Assembly (NCBI RefSeq): GCF_036971445.1
Contig: NC_091469.1
Location: 201,810,001 to 201,874,000, forward strand
Origin: Narcine bancroftii
Taxonomy: Eukaryota
DNA: 64,000 bases
Direction: 5' to 3'
The notes beneath the pieces were generated by a model. That model saw only the letters and a list, made by a program, of their open reading frames with translations. It was not told where the DNA came from and searched no databases. A program made the translations under genes and the position numbers. The first letter of the stretch is position 1. Every line of letters starts with the position of its first letter. This document shows, piece after piece, positions 40,601-52,725 of the stretch.

Positions 40601-43600
40601 TCCCACAATTGTGGTATCATGAATGAACTTGTAGATGCTGTTGTTGTTTTACTGAACCACACAGTCATTGGTGTAAAGTGAGTAGACCAGGGAACTAAGA
40701 ATGCAGCCCTGTAGTGCTCCTGTACTGATGGAGATTGTGGAAGAGATGTTCTTACCAATCCTCACTGATTGTGGTGGGGTGGGGTGGGGTGGAGTGTTGG
40801 ATCCCAGATCTTGGAGTTTGCTGATCAATTTTGAGAGAATGATAAATACCAACATGTAATTCATGAAGAGCATCCTATTGAGACTTAGATGAATATTAAA
40901 AGTTTACTAATACTCTAGAGGGTGTTTTATGAATGTTTGGCATATGTGAAAGGCTAATATTAGTGTTTATGCAGTTGATAATTTGAGCATGTAGTGGTAT
41001 GTGAAGTTTCTAGATGGAGAAATGGTGATGTATACAACCACAGAACATCCAATAATTCCCAACATTTTTGGAATAGATCTTCTGTTTTGAATGTACAAAA
41101 TGTTCAAGCCCAAATATATTTTAATTTCTTTTCTACAGTTTTATGACTTGGGTGAGCTGTTCAGAACTGGAGGACAGGTTCCTGACACAAATTATATTTT
41201 TATGGTATGTATGTGAATTTCTTAAGCTTTGATTCAGTTGTAAATCTGACCTAGAAGATAAATATATGGTTTTGTAATTAGTAATACATTCTTATAAATA
41301 AACCTTTTGTGAAGATAACTAGTATATTGTGGGGTGGGTGGGAAATGCTTAGGCTATATGTAGATGTGAAATTGCAGATGTGCAATTTGGTCCAAAAAAA
41401 GACTGCTGGAGGATCTTGGGTTGAGCAGCATCTGTGGAGGGAAAAGTGATGGAGAGAGGAATTGTAAATGTTTTAGTTCAACCCTCTGCCTCAGAATATA
41501 GAAGGAAGATGGTGTAAAAAAGGAGAGGGGGAGGGCGAGACTAGTCTGTTGGTGATAAGTGGATGGTTGAAGAATGACAGTCAAATTGAGCCAGGAAAGG
41601 GATGCAATTAATGATTTTTTTTTGTTCCTATGCAGTGTTCGTCAACATCAAAAAATTAAAAATAAAGGTTCAAACTTTTTATAAATGCAAAATATTACTC
41701 AGGCTGGAAATCTGAAACAAGATAAAATTGTCCGAGAGAGAGGGAGGGGGGGAGGGGGGAAGGGGGGNNNNNNNNNNNNNNNNNNNNNNNNNNNNNNNNN
41801 NNNNNNNNNNNNNNNNNNNNNNNNNNNNNNNNNNNNNNNNNNNNNNNNNNNNNNNNNNNNNNNNNNNNNNNNNNNNNNNNNNNNNNNNNNNNNNNNCCCC
41901 CCCCACTCCCCCACCCCCCCAACCCCCCCACCCCCCCACTCCCCCCACCCCCACCCCCCCCAACCCCCCAACCCCAACCAAACAGATGATGACCACCTTT
42001 GTGATTGCAACATTTTGTTCTCATTTTAAATTGTTAAGCCTCAAACTTTGGTTGTGTTATGTTAGTATTGCATTAGGTATAATAGATATTTAGCAAGATT
42101 CTAAAGTCAGGATCTGTGCTATTTATCAGTCCCAACCATTTCTAATGTCACCTGGGATAAATTATTTCCTTTTTTAAATCACTTGGAATGATAGCTGCAG
42201 AAGTGCTGGAGATACATCTACAGACGCTTAGTGACTCTGGGGGGGACCTCTCTTTTGCTTCTCTCTCTCTGACTGTAAGTAGCGCTTAGGAAATTTTAGC
42301 TGGTGATGAATCTGTCTGTCTTGCAGCAGGCAAAAAGAAATTTCATGTAATATGACACTGTTTTATTACTATGATAATAAATTGAATCTTTAATGCTAAC
42401 ATCTTTGCCATTTATAAAAACAGGGTGACTTTGTGGACAGAGGGTATTATAGTCTTGAAACTTTTACTTACCTCCTCGCATTGAAGGCAAAATGGCCTGA
42501 TCGCATTACTCTTCTCAGAGGAAATCATGAAAGCAGGCAGATCACTCAAGTCTATGGGTTCTATGGTAATTAATTAATATACTTCTTTAAAGTTGCAAAG
42601 TTTTGAAGAAATTGTCTTCCTGCCAGTCACATTCTTCATGAATCTTTTTGTCAAATTCACTCTTTTGAATGTTCAATAAAAAAACTGAAACTGGTTTTCT
42701 TTAACAGATGAATGCCAAACAAAATATGGAAATGCTAATGCTTGGCGGTACTGTACCAAAGTTTTTGACATGCTCACAGTAGCAGCCGTAAGTAGATACT
42801 ATTTTTTGTGATGTACCAGTGGTATATTCCCTGCAAGTTCAATGTGATGTTAGCATCCCTGTATGTGTTTACACTAGGGGGCACTGCATGGTATGAGGAA
42901 CCAAAGTTGTTTGAATTACTTGAATGTGATATAATTTGTCAGGGCAGCAAATATCAATTTTGAGAAAGGATTCAAAAAGTTGCATAATGACAAGAATTTA
43001 TTTGTTGGCTTAATTTGCTTCATTTGCTTTCCTGTTCTTTGAATTTTCTTGCAACTCACATGATGAAATTGTGGTTTCATTTGTTTCTTTTTGCTCAAAA
43101 CATTAATGTTCATTTTGATAAATCTGTTTTAATTGCCTTTTTAGTGCTAGAAAACATTAAACAAATAAAATAAAACTGGACATCTTTTCATTAAATCTTA
43201 ATTTACTCCCTGTAACTCTGTATTCAATATAGTGTTCTCATTGAGCATTTTAAACATGAACGTATTCTAAATCATAATACCTTACAGCACAAGGACAGAC
43301 CCTTACCTATGTGTCTATTCTAACAGCCAAATTAAACTAAAATCCTGTTTGCACGTGATATATTTATGCATATTTATGTGTCTATCCAGAAGCCTCTTAA
43401 AATGCTGCTATTGAATCTGCTTCTACCAGGACTCCTGGCACCCCATTCCAGGCACCTACCACTCTACCCATACGTCTTTTAAACTCATCTCCCCATCTCA
43501 TCTTAAATATAACCCCTCTAGTATGTGACAAAATGAATTCTCATGTTTCTTCTTAACATATTCAATTAACACCTTTTGTCTGTTGGTCTAGACTTCTCCC

Positions 43601-46600
43601 CTTCCCATTCTTCCCCCTTTCTCTCTCCAGTATTTAATTCTTGTACCTTGAAGGGCTCAGGCCTGAAACGTCAGTATTATACCTTTACCTCCTATGGATA
43701 CTGCGAGATTGGCTGAGTTCCTCCAGCATTTCTGTGTTTTTAATGCAACCAATGAAGCGGGGCACATTTGCAAAAAATATTGACTGTTTTGCCATTTGTG
43801 CACCAAAATTTTATTGTGCATAATGAACAATCTATGTTAATGTACAAAAAGATGTTTTTTTTAATCTTATTTACTTGAAATGCACTGGGGTTCTCAGTAA
43901 TCAACATAACCTGTGGAACAACATTGAACATGTGTTTTGATTATTGTATTTGCTACTTTTGGGCATGACCTCATTTTGAATCCAGTGTGGGTAAAAATAG
44001 TGCTTTTTAAAAAGATGTTTTGGCCCACTTTTAAAAGTACAACTGAATGAAATGTCTGTTTTACACACTTTGTAATTCCGAAATGAGGTGTGCATACTAA
44101 TGTAAAATTGAAACAGTTGATCTCAATTTGTGTTTTGCATTAAAATATGGATGGAGTTCAAATTGTGGCTTTTTAGTTGTGGTCTCTGGAAAAGAGAGGA
44201 ATAGCTTGGAAATCACCTTGAAATATCCACCAGATCCTCTCTCATGTATTAGTTTTCAATCCCCCAATACCTCTTTATTCTCCAACCTAGAATGTATTTT
44301 TCAGCCTTGTACATTTTATACAACCTGACTTTTTCCCACACCCTCCCCAAGTTCTTGTGCATTAGTTCCCTCCCTAAGCAGCCTCACTTCCGTGTGTACT
44401 TTAAAAATCTTCTGACATTTCAGATCTTCTATTTTCATTTTCTCCCTTGACACACATGCATTTTTTCCCTTGTGCCTCTTGAGTTTCTTGTAATGTTTTT
44501 CTGTATTAAAGACTAAGTTGTTTTTGATGATACTCTGGGGACTTGATATGAATCTAGTAGCCTGGTTTAAAAGGAAATAAAGAACATGGGCTTAGTTTGT
44601 TGGTAAATTAATATAATGTTCAGGTTATAAAAATTAGGTAGGGAATTGGTCACATTGAAGTCTCCTATTTTGTGCATAGGGCAGCAAAAGTAGACCATCC
44701 AACAAATGCTGAAACCTTTTTTAACAAAATGTGGACCACCCCTGTTTTTAATGGGATGCCTATTGTATGATAAAGGGTTACTGTGCTTTTTGGAAGGAAT
44801 ACAAGAAATGAGAACCTATTTTCAATGAAAAGATAGAGATAAAAAAGATAAAGAACAGAATAATTTGCAATGTATACCAAAAAAAATTGATCAATTTGTA
44901 AAATTGAATTTCATGGTGCTATACCCAGTTTTTTGGCATTCTGTTGCAGAAAGAGCTTTTAAAGATAAACAAAATGCTCCATGTCTTTTGAGCTAATTAA
45001 TTTACTACATCAGTAAATTGAGATTTAACGAGTTTTGAACATTCTAATAGATTATTTTAAATAGTAAATTAGAATGATTTTTGAAACAAAGACATTTGGG
45101 ATTGTGAGAGGGAAAGGAGTGGTAAAATGTTTTTTTTTGTTTGTCTTGTATAGTGAAATTCTGCTACAGATATAATGATTTGAATGGCTTTTTGCATTGT
45201 CTGAAGTTGATTGGTTCTTTAAAGCAAACTAAATTCAAAAGTCATTTTATTTTCCATCTCAGTTGATAGATGAACAAATATTGTGTGTCCATGGTGGACT
45301 TTCTCCTGATATCAAAACTCTAGATCAAATTCGAACCATAGAGCGTAACCAAGAGATCCCACATAAAGGAGCCTTCTGTGATCTAGTCTGGTCAGATCCT
45401 GAAGATGTCGATACCTGGGCTATTAGCCCTCGAGGTGCAGGCTGGCTCTTTGGAGCAAAGGTTACTAATGAGGTAAGCTGGGAAACTTCAGACTTGAAAG
45501 TGCTTCTATATGTTGAGGAACTGAGCAAACTTTATTTATAAAAAATATTGACATTTATCACGATTCACCATGATACTATCATTGTTTTATAATTGGTGTT
45601 CCACCATTTCATATTTTTATATATTTGCCTTAATAAGGTTCCTTTATATTGATATAACAATCTTTTTGCAGCTTGCGTGTGTTTTAATTTGGAAGACCTA
45701 TCCATTTAAAGGTTGTCTAGCAAAAATATTTTGAGTTTCACAACAGAAGAGTTTTGAATTCACCTACTTTATATTTAGAATGATGAAAACCAATGGGCAA
45801 TTATTTTTTTTTCCTCTGTTCATTACCCATCTCTCCCCATATTAAGATTGTAAATTGTAGACACTTGTAGGATAGAATATTAGCTTTAATTAGATGCATT
45901 GAATAAGAGTCGTAAAATTTCTCCTGCAGAATGTTATGATAAATGGATCTTGATGCAACCTGTTCCAACTTCCCATTGTTTATAGGTCAACCCTTAAAAA
46001 CTGATTCAGCGTATAGGTCAACCTTCGACAAACCAAAAAAAAAACCCAGAGTACAACAAATTTTCATTGAAAATTTTATTGAACAAAATTTTTTATTAAA
46101 CAAAAACACATTTAGAACCCTTCAAAATCACTATAATCATCTGAGACAAAGATCCAAAGACATGAATCCAAGCACATCCATACTCTCACTGTTTAAATAA
46201 TCAACATATGGGTCCCTGTCTGTATCTTCAGCTTCGTTGTCAGTGTCCCACAATAAATCAACTTCCGTGCCCTCAATTGCATAAGAGATACCACACTTTT
46301 TAAATGATTTTATCACAGTTTCAATGTTCATTTTGGCCCATGCTTTGAGCACGAAGTCACACAGCATATCAAGTGATGCAGCATGTATTACCCCTCCTTT
46401 TGTAAAATACTTTTTTGCATTCAACATCCATGTATTCCAACTGCCATGAAAGTGTTATTTTGTGCTAAACTACTTTTAGTGTTCTCAGTTAAGTGGCTAC
46501 GAAACATACCCCAGACCAGCAAACTCTGTTCATTGCGTAAACTGCTTGACTGCCTGTTCCACACATTATCTGTCCATAGTTTTACACCATTTCATCCTTC

Positions 46601-48992
46601 CATCCATCCTTTTTCATGAAAGTGTACAAAAATACCTGCTGGGAATTTTATTTTAGGTTTAATTTTGTGTTTGAAGATTACCAAGGGTCTTAACTTTGTC
46701 CTGTCAGCCATGCACCACGTTAAACCTGGTCCTTTCATGGACTATACTTCCACTCTCTATTGCCTATCATGTCAAAATTCATGGGGGTTTCATCGATGTT
46801 TCCTTTATTTGCCAATGCAAACTGGTGTTTCTGCCAGTTCTGTATAATGAACTGGTGAAAACTTAAACTTTATGATCAAGATCTTTTGGTAGTTACTGAG
46901 CAATTTTTATTATCATAATACCAGATTTTTCCTGTTCATGGTATGGCTGCTACTGTAGCTTCAGAATCTTCACTGAGGTCTGGATGCGACTTTGCCCACT
47001 TCGGTGCAAATGTTCTGATTTTATTTTGAATGACTCTGTAGGAATCTTGTCTCTGATCATGTACCCATTCTGCAATGTTATTTTCCAACACTGGCCAATG
47101 AGTGATTCCTCTTCTTATCGAACATTGCCTTTTTGGTATTTTTCTTAATCTCGTCTTTCTTCCTCTAATCTCTTACCAACTTCTCATGGATATCAAATTT
47201 TCTTGCAGCAACACTCTTGTTGGTTTTCTTGGCCATTTCTATCACTTTTATTTCAAAACTCACTTCATATTATCGTTACTTTGATGGAGCTTCCATGATT
47301 ATTCTAATGTCACCTCCAGTCAATGCCTTACAGATCAATCATTACAATTTTTGGAGGGGGGTCGACTTGTACGCTGACAAATGCCCAACATCTCAGGGAT
47401 TGCAATTTTAGGGGGTAGACATATGCCCAGATATATTAATAAACCCTTAAAATGAGGCTGAAAAAGGGGAGTTGACTGAGCTTGCAGGTGACTGAGCTTG
47501 CAGGTGACTGAGCTTGCAGGTGACTGAGCTTGCAGGTGACTGAGCTTGCAGGTGACTGAGCTTGCAGGTGACTGAGCTTGCAGGTGACTGAGCTTGCAGG
47601 TGACTGAGCTTGCAGGTGACTGAGCTTGCAGGTGACTGAGCTTGCAGGTGACTGAGCTTGCAGGTGACTGAGCTTGCAGGTGACTGAGCTTGCAGGTGAC
47701 TGAGCTTGCAGGTGACTGAGCTTGCAGGTGACTGAGCTTGCAGGTGACTGAGCTTGCAGGTGACTGAGCTTGCAGGTGACTGAGCTTGCAGGTGACTGAG
47801 CTTGCAGGTGACTGAGCTTGCAGGTGACTGAGCTTGCAGGTGACTGAGCTTGCAGGTGACTGAGCTTGCAGGTGACTGAGCTTGCAGGTGACTGAGCTTG
47901 CAGGTGACTGAGCTTGCAGGTGACTGAGCTTGCAGGTGACTGAGCTTGCAGGTGACTGAGCTTGCAGGTGACTGAGCTTGCAGGTGACTGAGCTTGCAGG
48001 TGACTGAGCTTGCAGGTGACTGAGCTTGCAGGTGACTGAGCTTGCAGGTGACTGAGCTTGCAGGTGACTGAGCTTGCAGGTGACTGAGCTTGCAGGTGAC
48101 TGAGCTTGCAGGTGACTGAGCTTGCAGGTGACTGAGCTTGCAGGTGACTGAGCTTGCAGGTGACTGAGCTTGCAGGTGACTGAGCTTGCAGGTGACTGAG
48201 CTTGCAGGTGACTGAGCTTGCAGGTGACTGAGCTTGCAGGTGACTGAGCTTGCAGGTGACTGAGCTTGCAGGTGACTGAGCTTGCAGGTGACTGAGCTTG
48301 CAGGTGACTGAGCTTGCAGGTGACTGAGCTTGCAGGTGACTGAGCTTGCAGGTGACTGAGCTTGCAGGTGACTGAGCTTGCAGGTGACTGAGCTTGCAGG
48401 TGACTGAGCTTGCAGGTGACTGAGCTTGCAGGTGACTGAGCTTGCAGGTGACTGAGCTTGCAGGTGACTGAGCTTGCAGGTGACTGAGCTTGCAGGTGAC
48501 TGAGCTTGCAGGTGACTGAGCTTGCAGGTGACTGAGCTTGCAGGTGACTGAGCTTGCAGGTGACTGAGCTTGCAGGTGACTGAGCTTGCAGGTGACTGAG
48601 CTTGCAGGTGACTTGTACACCAAAATATACGGTAAATTGTGCTGTGCTTTTCTCTGCTGTGTAACTTTGGTATTTCAGTTAAATATATTTGCCATGGGCA
48701 ATGTTTTAATGAATTCTAACTTTATTTGATACTTGTTTTGTAGTTTGTCCACATCAACAATTTGAAACTAATCTGTCGAGCACATCAGCTAGTTCACGAA
48801 GGATATAAATTCATGTTTGATGAAAAGTTGGTGACTGTATGGTCTGCTCCAAACTATTGCTACCGCTGTGGAAATATTGCATCAATCATGGTTTTCAACA
48901 ACGTAAACTCAAGGGAGCCAAAGCTATTTCGAGCAGTTCCAGATTCAGAGCGTGTAATTCCACCAAGAACAACAACACCCTATTTCCTTTAA
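31552..48992 (+). CDS. PPP6C: PPP6C, serine/threonine-protein phosphatase 6 catalytic subunit (7 exons, 918 nt, 305 aa)
   Basis: [14 protein letters not shown]; PPP motifs [34 protein letters not shown]; C-terminus TTTPYFL. Exons 31552-31626, 39254-39349, 41139-41204, 42424-42565, 42708-42787, 45263-45472, 48744-48992. Confidence 0.99.
32158..32344. repeat. Palindromic Penelope-like terminal element
   Basis: Long inverted arms, e.g. AAGATATATTACCGACG / CGTCGGTAATATATCTT, around a central GACGAAGGGCT. Confidence 0.7.
32690..33545 (-). mobile_element. Rex1/Babar-like LINE fragments
   Basis: [44 protein letters not shown] (RT core) plus 3' end. Confidence 0.8.
35475..36245 (-). mobile_element. 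Rex1/Babar-like LINE 3' part
   Basis: [18 protein letters not shown]...[13 protein letters not shown]...[12 protein letters not shown]; IIKDPH..LFSLLPS. Confidence 0.85.
36720..37140 (+). mobile_element. CR1-like LINE 3' fragment
   Basis: LFSLEYWR...LFP...[12 protein letters not shown] remnant and tail AAGGGCCTGTTTCTGT. Confidence 0.6.
37310..38860 (-). mobile_element. Degraded L1-clade LINE
   Basis: ORF2 remnants ([33 protein letters not shown]); T-rich left end. Confidence 0.75.
39254..39349 (+). CDS. PPP6C: PPP6C exon 2
   Basis: [32 protein letters not shown]. Confidence 0.97.
39715..40880 (-). mobile_element. Rex1/Babar-like LINE 3' part
   Basis: [53 protein letters not shown]; closely related to 35475-36245. 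Confidence 0.85.
41139..41204 (+). CDS. PPP6C: PPP6C exon 3
   Basis: [22 protein letters not shown]. Confidence 0.97.
41768..41896. other. Assembly gap (N run) in PPP6C intron 3
   Basis: 129 Ns, G-rich on the left and C-rich on the right. Confidence 1.
42424..42565 (+). CDS. PPP6C: PPP6C exon 4
   Basis: [47 protein letters not shown]. Confidence 0.97.
42708..42787 (+). CDS. PPP6C: PPP6C exon 5
   Basis: [26 protein letters not shown]. Confidence 0.97.
45263..45472 (+). CDS. PPP6C: PPP6C exon 6
   Basis: [24 protein letters not shown]...[13 protein letters not shown]. Confidence 0.97.
45965..48633 (-). mobile_element. Degraded pogo/Tc2-like DNA transposon containing a minisatellite
   Basis: FTKGG....[13 protein letters not shown]....[25 protein letters not shown] (transposase C-terminus); the terminus reads TA-CCGTATATTTTGGTGTACAAGTC on the minus strand at 48633. 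Left boundary approximate. Confidence 0.75.
47473..48613 (+). repeat. Perfect 16-bp minisatellite (TGACTGAGCTTGCAGG)n, ~71 copies
   Basis: Read directly; no variant unit seen. Confidence 0.98.
48744..48992 (+). CDS. PPP6C: PPP6C exon 7
   Basis: [23 protein letters not shown]...[12 protein letters not shown]...TTTPYFL-stop. Confidence 0.98.
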   Translation, partial: FVHINNLKLICRAHQLVHEGYKFMFDEKLVTVWSAPNYCYRCGNIASIMVFNNVNSREPKLFRAVPDSERVIPPRTTTPYFL

Positions 48993-50990
48993 AATATGTT
49001 TTGCTTTTGGTCTACTTTTCATAAAATACAGTGTGCACAATGGACTGTAAACTTGCATTGTGTTGTGTAGACAAGATTCAAGATGTAGAATTTCAACCAT
49101 TCTATCAAATTTTAAATGCTAAATTGAATAAAGTGGTCTAAAGGGCTGCCTTTTTCTTGTTTTTAATGCTAGCAGATATTGAGAAGCTGATTTATGTGCT
49201 CCAATAATTAAAAATTTTACATTAAGATTGTATTGATCAGTTTCAAATTTCAATGTATTTTAATATAATAATATGGTAACTATGACTCTCACGGGTTAAA
49301 ATATTGGAAATAAACTGCTTTATTATTAAGGAATGTTTACAACCCTTTCTGAATTTTAATTGGTTAATGTACTCTTAACTTTTTGGGAGCTGGTGTTAAA
49401 ACTGAAGAGTCATTTATATGCTGAAGCATGAAGTCTGGTACTTAATTAGACCATTTAATGTGCACATTTAGTATTCAGTGGTGCAAGTTATTTGATACTG
49501 TTTTTAGAAAATTTATATTTAGACCTTTAATATGTTATCTGTGTTAATATCTGAATATTTTAAGCTTCATCACTAACTAATTTATCAACAATGTTGAAGT
49601 AATTACAAATCTAATTTGTCTTTAGTTTGTTAATCTTGTTCATCAGGTTAACCTGAGAGTTTTTTGTGGGGGGGGGTGGGGAAGAGACATGACAATATAC
49701 TGAACCTCTTATAGGAGTGAGGGCATAGGCATTGAGTTTGATCCTGTAATTTGTTCCAATTGCTATTAAACACGTGAGTCCTGGCAATCCATTCCACTGA
49801 GAGACAATTCACTTGATGCTATTTGCCTTCCTTTTTATTTCTTTCAAAGGTTACTTTGCAATTGTTAGCAAAGTTAAGATTTTGTCCGAATGAAATGAAG
49901 TTCTTGTGCATTTCCAAAGGTAGGATTATTCTAATGTGTGCTGTGTTGCACTGTAAACTTGGCTCCATGTTGACACACTTTTACCCATATAATTGTAGTG
50001 TCAGTTCTAACTCGGGTATATCATACAACCTAATTGTTTTAATCATTTTTGTGAGAGAGCATCACTTGCCACCCACCCTGGGGAACAGGATCTTTGGATG
50101 GTGTTCAAGGAAATGATTGAAATCTTAATCATTGGTATCTACAAATAATAATCTGAATTTTTTTTTAACTGGGAAGAGCATGATAGTCTGCCCCAATAAA
50201 GAATTATTTGGTGCTTTCTCTGTGCCCTCACTCAAAGAATAACTGCCAAATTGCAGTGTTGAAGAGCTATTGGAATTCTAACTCAGCAGAAAGGGAAGAA
50301 ATGTGGGGGTTGGAAGACTTCTAAGTAAAAGAAATAAGGCCATGTCCAGATTGAATTCAACATTCTGTTGTATTGTCTTATTGGAGTGATTCCAAAAATA
50401 TGTAAATTCCAAAAAAAAAACAATTTTCTGTGCGTAAATTAGAATGACAAAATTGATATGGATAAGTGACAGTTATGCTTTGATTATATGTTAGTTGATC
50501 ATTTGTAATTCTTTAAGGTGTATGATCCATGTATTCTATAACTTGCTAAATGTGTATTTTGATTTTGAATGATTTGAAGAAGTGCCCTTGAAGCTCAAAT
50601 GTTGACGTGATTTTTTTAATGCATGTATATTTAACTTGTGTTTTGGTAACTAATATGGCTATCAATTTATTATCGATAACCAGTGTTTTATAGAACATGG
50701 GGACCACCATAAACATTAGTGATTTTTTTTAACAGCTAAAGTATTTCTGATATGCCTTTGTTAAAGTTTGAAGACAACTTGTATTGATAATACACTATTA
50801 ACAATACAATACAATCTATGGTTGCAAACAGAATTAGAAATGTACTGTATTGCCAAAGCCCTATATTTTGCCAGGTGTCTATTTTCCTTCAGCAGTCATT
50901 ACCATTTGTAACTCTTCCAAGAATTTATCCTGCAAAGTAATGCATCTATATCTCCACATTCTTTACACAAATTAAAATTCCACCTTGTTA
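48993..50990 (+). other. PPP6C: Probable long AT-rich PPP6C 3' UTR
   Basis: About 2 kb with no recognisable transposon; AATAAA at ~49127, ~49309, ~50195 and ATTAAA at ~50971. Confidence 0.5.
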
Positions 50991-51036
50991 CAGTACAAGT
51001 ACAGAATAAGATTTATGACAATGTGATATCTTGTCA

Positions 51037-51718
51037 CTTTGGCTTGGCTTCGCGGACGAAGATTTATGGAGGGGGTAAAAAGTCCCCATTTCATCAGATG
51101 CAAGGATCGACAATGAGATAGACAACAGACTCGCCAAGGCAAATAGCGCCTTTGGAAGACTACACAAAAGATTCTGGAAAAACAACCAACTGAAAAACCT
51201 CACAAAGATAAGCGTATACAGAGCCGTTGTCATACCCACACTCCTGTTCGGCTCCGAATCATGGGTCCTCTACCGGCACCACCTACGGCTCCTAGAACGC
51301 TTCCACCAGCGTTGTCTCCGCTCCATCCTCAACATCCATTGGAGCGCTCACACCCCTAACGTCGAGGTACTCGAGATGGCAGAGGTCGACAGCATCGAGT
51401 CCACGCTGCTGAAGATCCAGCTGCGCTGGATGGGTCACGTCTCCAGAATGGAGGACCATCGCCTTCCCAAGATCGTATTATATGGTGAGCTCTCCACTGG
51501 CCACCGTGACAGAGGTGCACCAAAGAAAAGGTACAAGGACTGCCTAAAGAAATCTCTTGGTGCCTGCCACATTGACCACCGCCAGTGGGCTGATAACGCC
51601 TCAAACCGTGCATCTTGGCGCCTCACAGTTTGGCGGGCAGCAGCCTCCTTTGAAGAAGACCGCAGAGCCCACCTCACTGACAAAAGGCAAAGGAGGAAAA
51701 ACCCAACACCCAACCCCA
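51037..51718. mobile_element. RTE (BovB-like) LINE with inverted structure
   Basis: 51037-51085 is the reverse complement of the family 3' end (cf. 22411-22459); 51086-51718 is forward-strand RT C-terminus (QLRWMGHVSRMEDHRLPK). Confidence 0.9.
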
Positions 51719-52034
51719 TAGTTATGGCACAATACAAGAGTAGGCCCACTGGTCACTCAAGCTGATTAGCTAGTTAATAAGATTCTGATATAACCATATA
51801 ACAATTACAGTACAGAAACAGGTCATCTCGGCCCTTCTAGTCTGCACCGATTTATGTGAAACTCCACTAATTCCACCTACCTGCTCCCTGCTCATAACCC
51901 TCCTACCCCCTCACATCCATGTACTCATCCAACCTCCTCTTAAATGACAAAACTGACCCTCCTGCAACCACTAAACTTGGCATCAACATTATTTTCCCCC
52001 ACCAATCTTTTACACCATTGTAGCTTAAATTTTA

Positions 52035-52725
52035 AGATAATGATACTTAACCAACATTTCATGTTTGAGCCCTTCATCAAGGGATGAAAAAATGTCAACA
52101 GGCATCTGAACAAAATGGTGGGGGAGGGGCAAGGAGAGCAGGATGGTCCCAAAGGCAGGAGGTAATAGGTGATAGGAGGGAGAGCACTCTAGCAAGCAGG
52201 GGAAGGAGGGACGGCTATGAATGGAGAGGGAAGGGGGTGTCGAGCCGGAGGAAAGAAAACAAAGGAAAAGGGTAAGGTGAATAGGCTAGCAGAAACAGGC
52301 TAGCTTGTGCCTCGAGGTTTCCAGCTTTGGTTCTAGGCTTCCCAGTTTGGCCCCTGTGAGGATCTCTGGTTCTGCTGCTCTCCCCACTTCTCTCAACGAT
52401 TAACATTGATTTCTTCAGTTTCTGCTAGCCATACTCTGCTCTCCCTCCCTCCCCATTCCCTTTGTCTTTCCTCCAGCTCTCCACTACCTTCCTTTCCATT
52501 CACAGCCATCCCTCCTCCCCCTGCTAATTGGTGTGTCCTCCCTCCCTTATCCACCTATTACCTCCTGCCCCTCCCCACCACCATTTTGTGCGGGAGCCTG
52601 CCAAAATTTTATCATGCCCTGATGAAGGGCTCAAACCTAAAACATTGGTTATGTATCTTTATCTTTGCTACATAAAGTCCCACTGTTTGACCAGCTGTGT
52701 TTCTCCAGTATTGTGTTTTTCCTTA
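52035..52725. repeat. Penelope-like element ends in inverted arrangement
   Basis: GTTTGAGCCCTTCATCA ... TGATGAAGGGCTCAAAC, with a purine-rich left half and pyrimidine-rich right half. Confidence 0.55.

Noticed and set aside
41679-42093. ORFs containing X runs
   Set aside because: They span the N gap and low-complexity G/C tracts.
47436-48623. 395-aa repetitive ORF and CRISPR-like appearance
   Set aside because: Pure tandem 16-mer with no spacers; the ORF is a by-product and the genome is eukaryotic.
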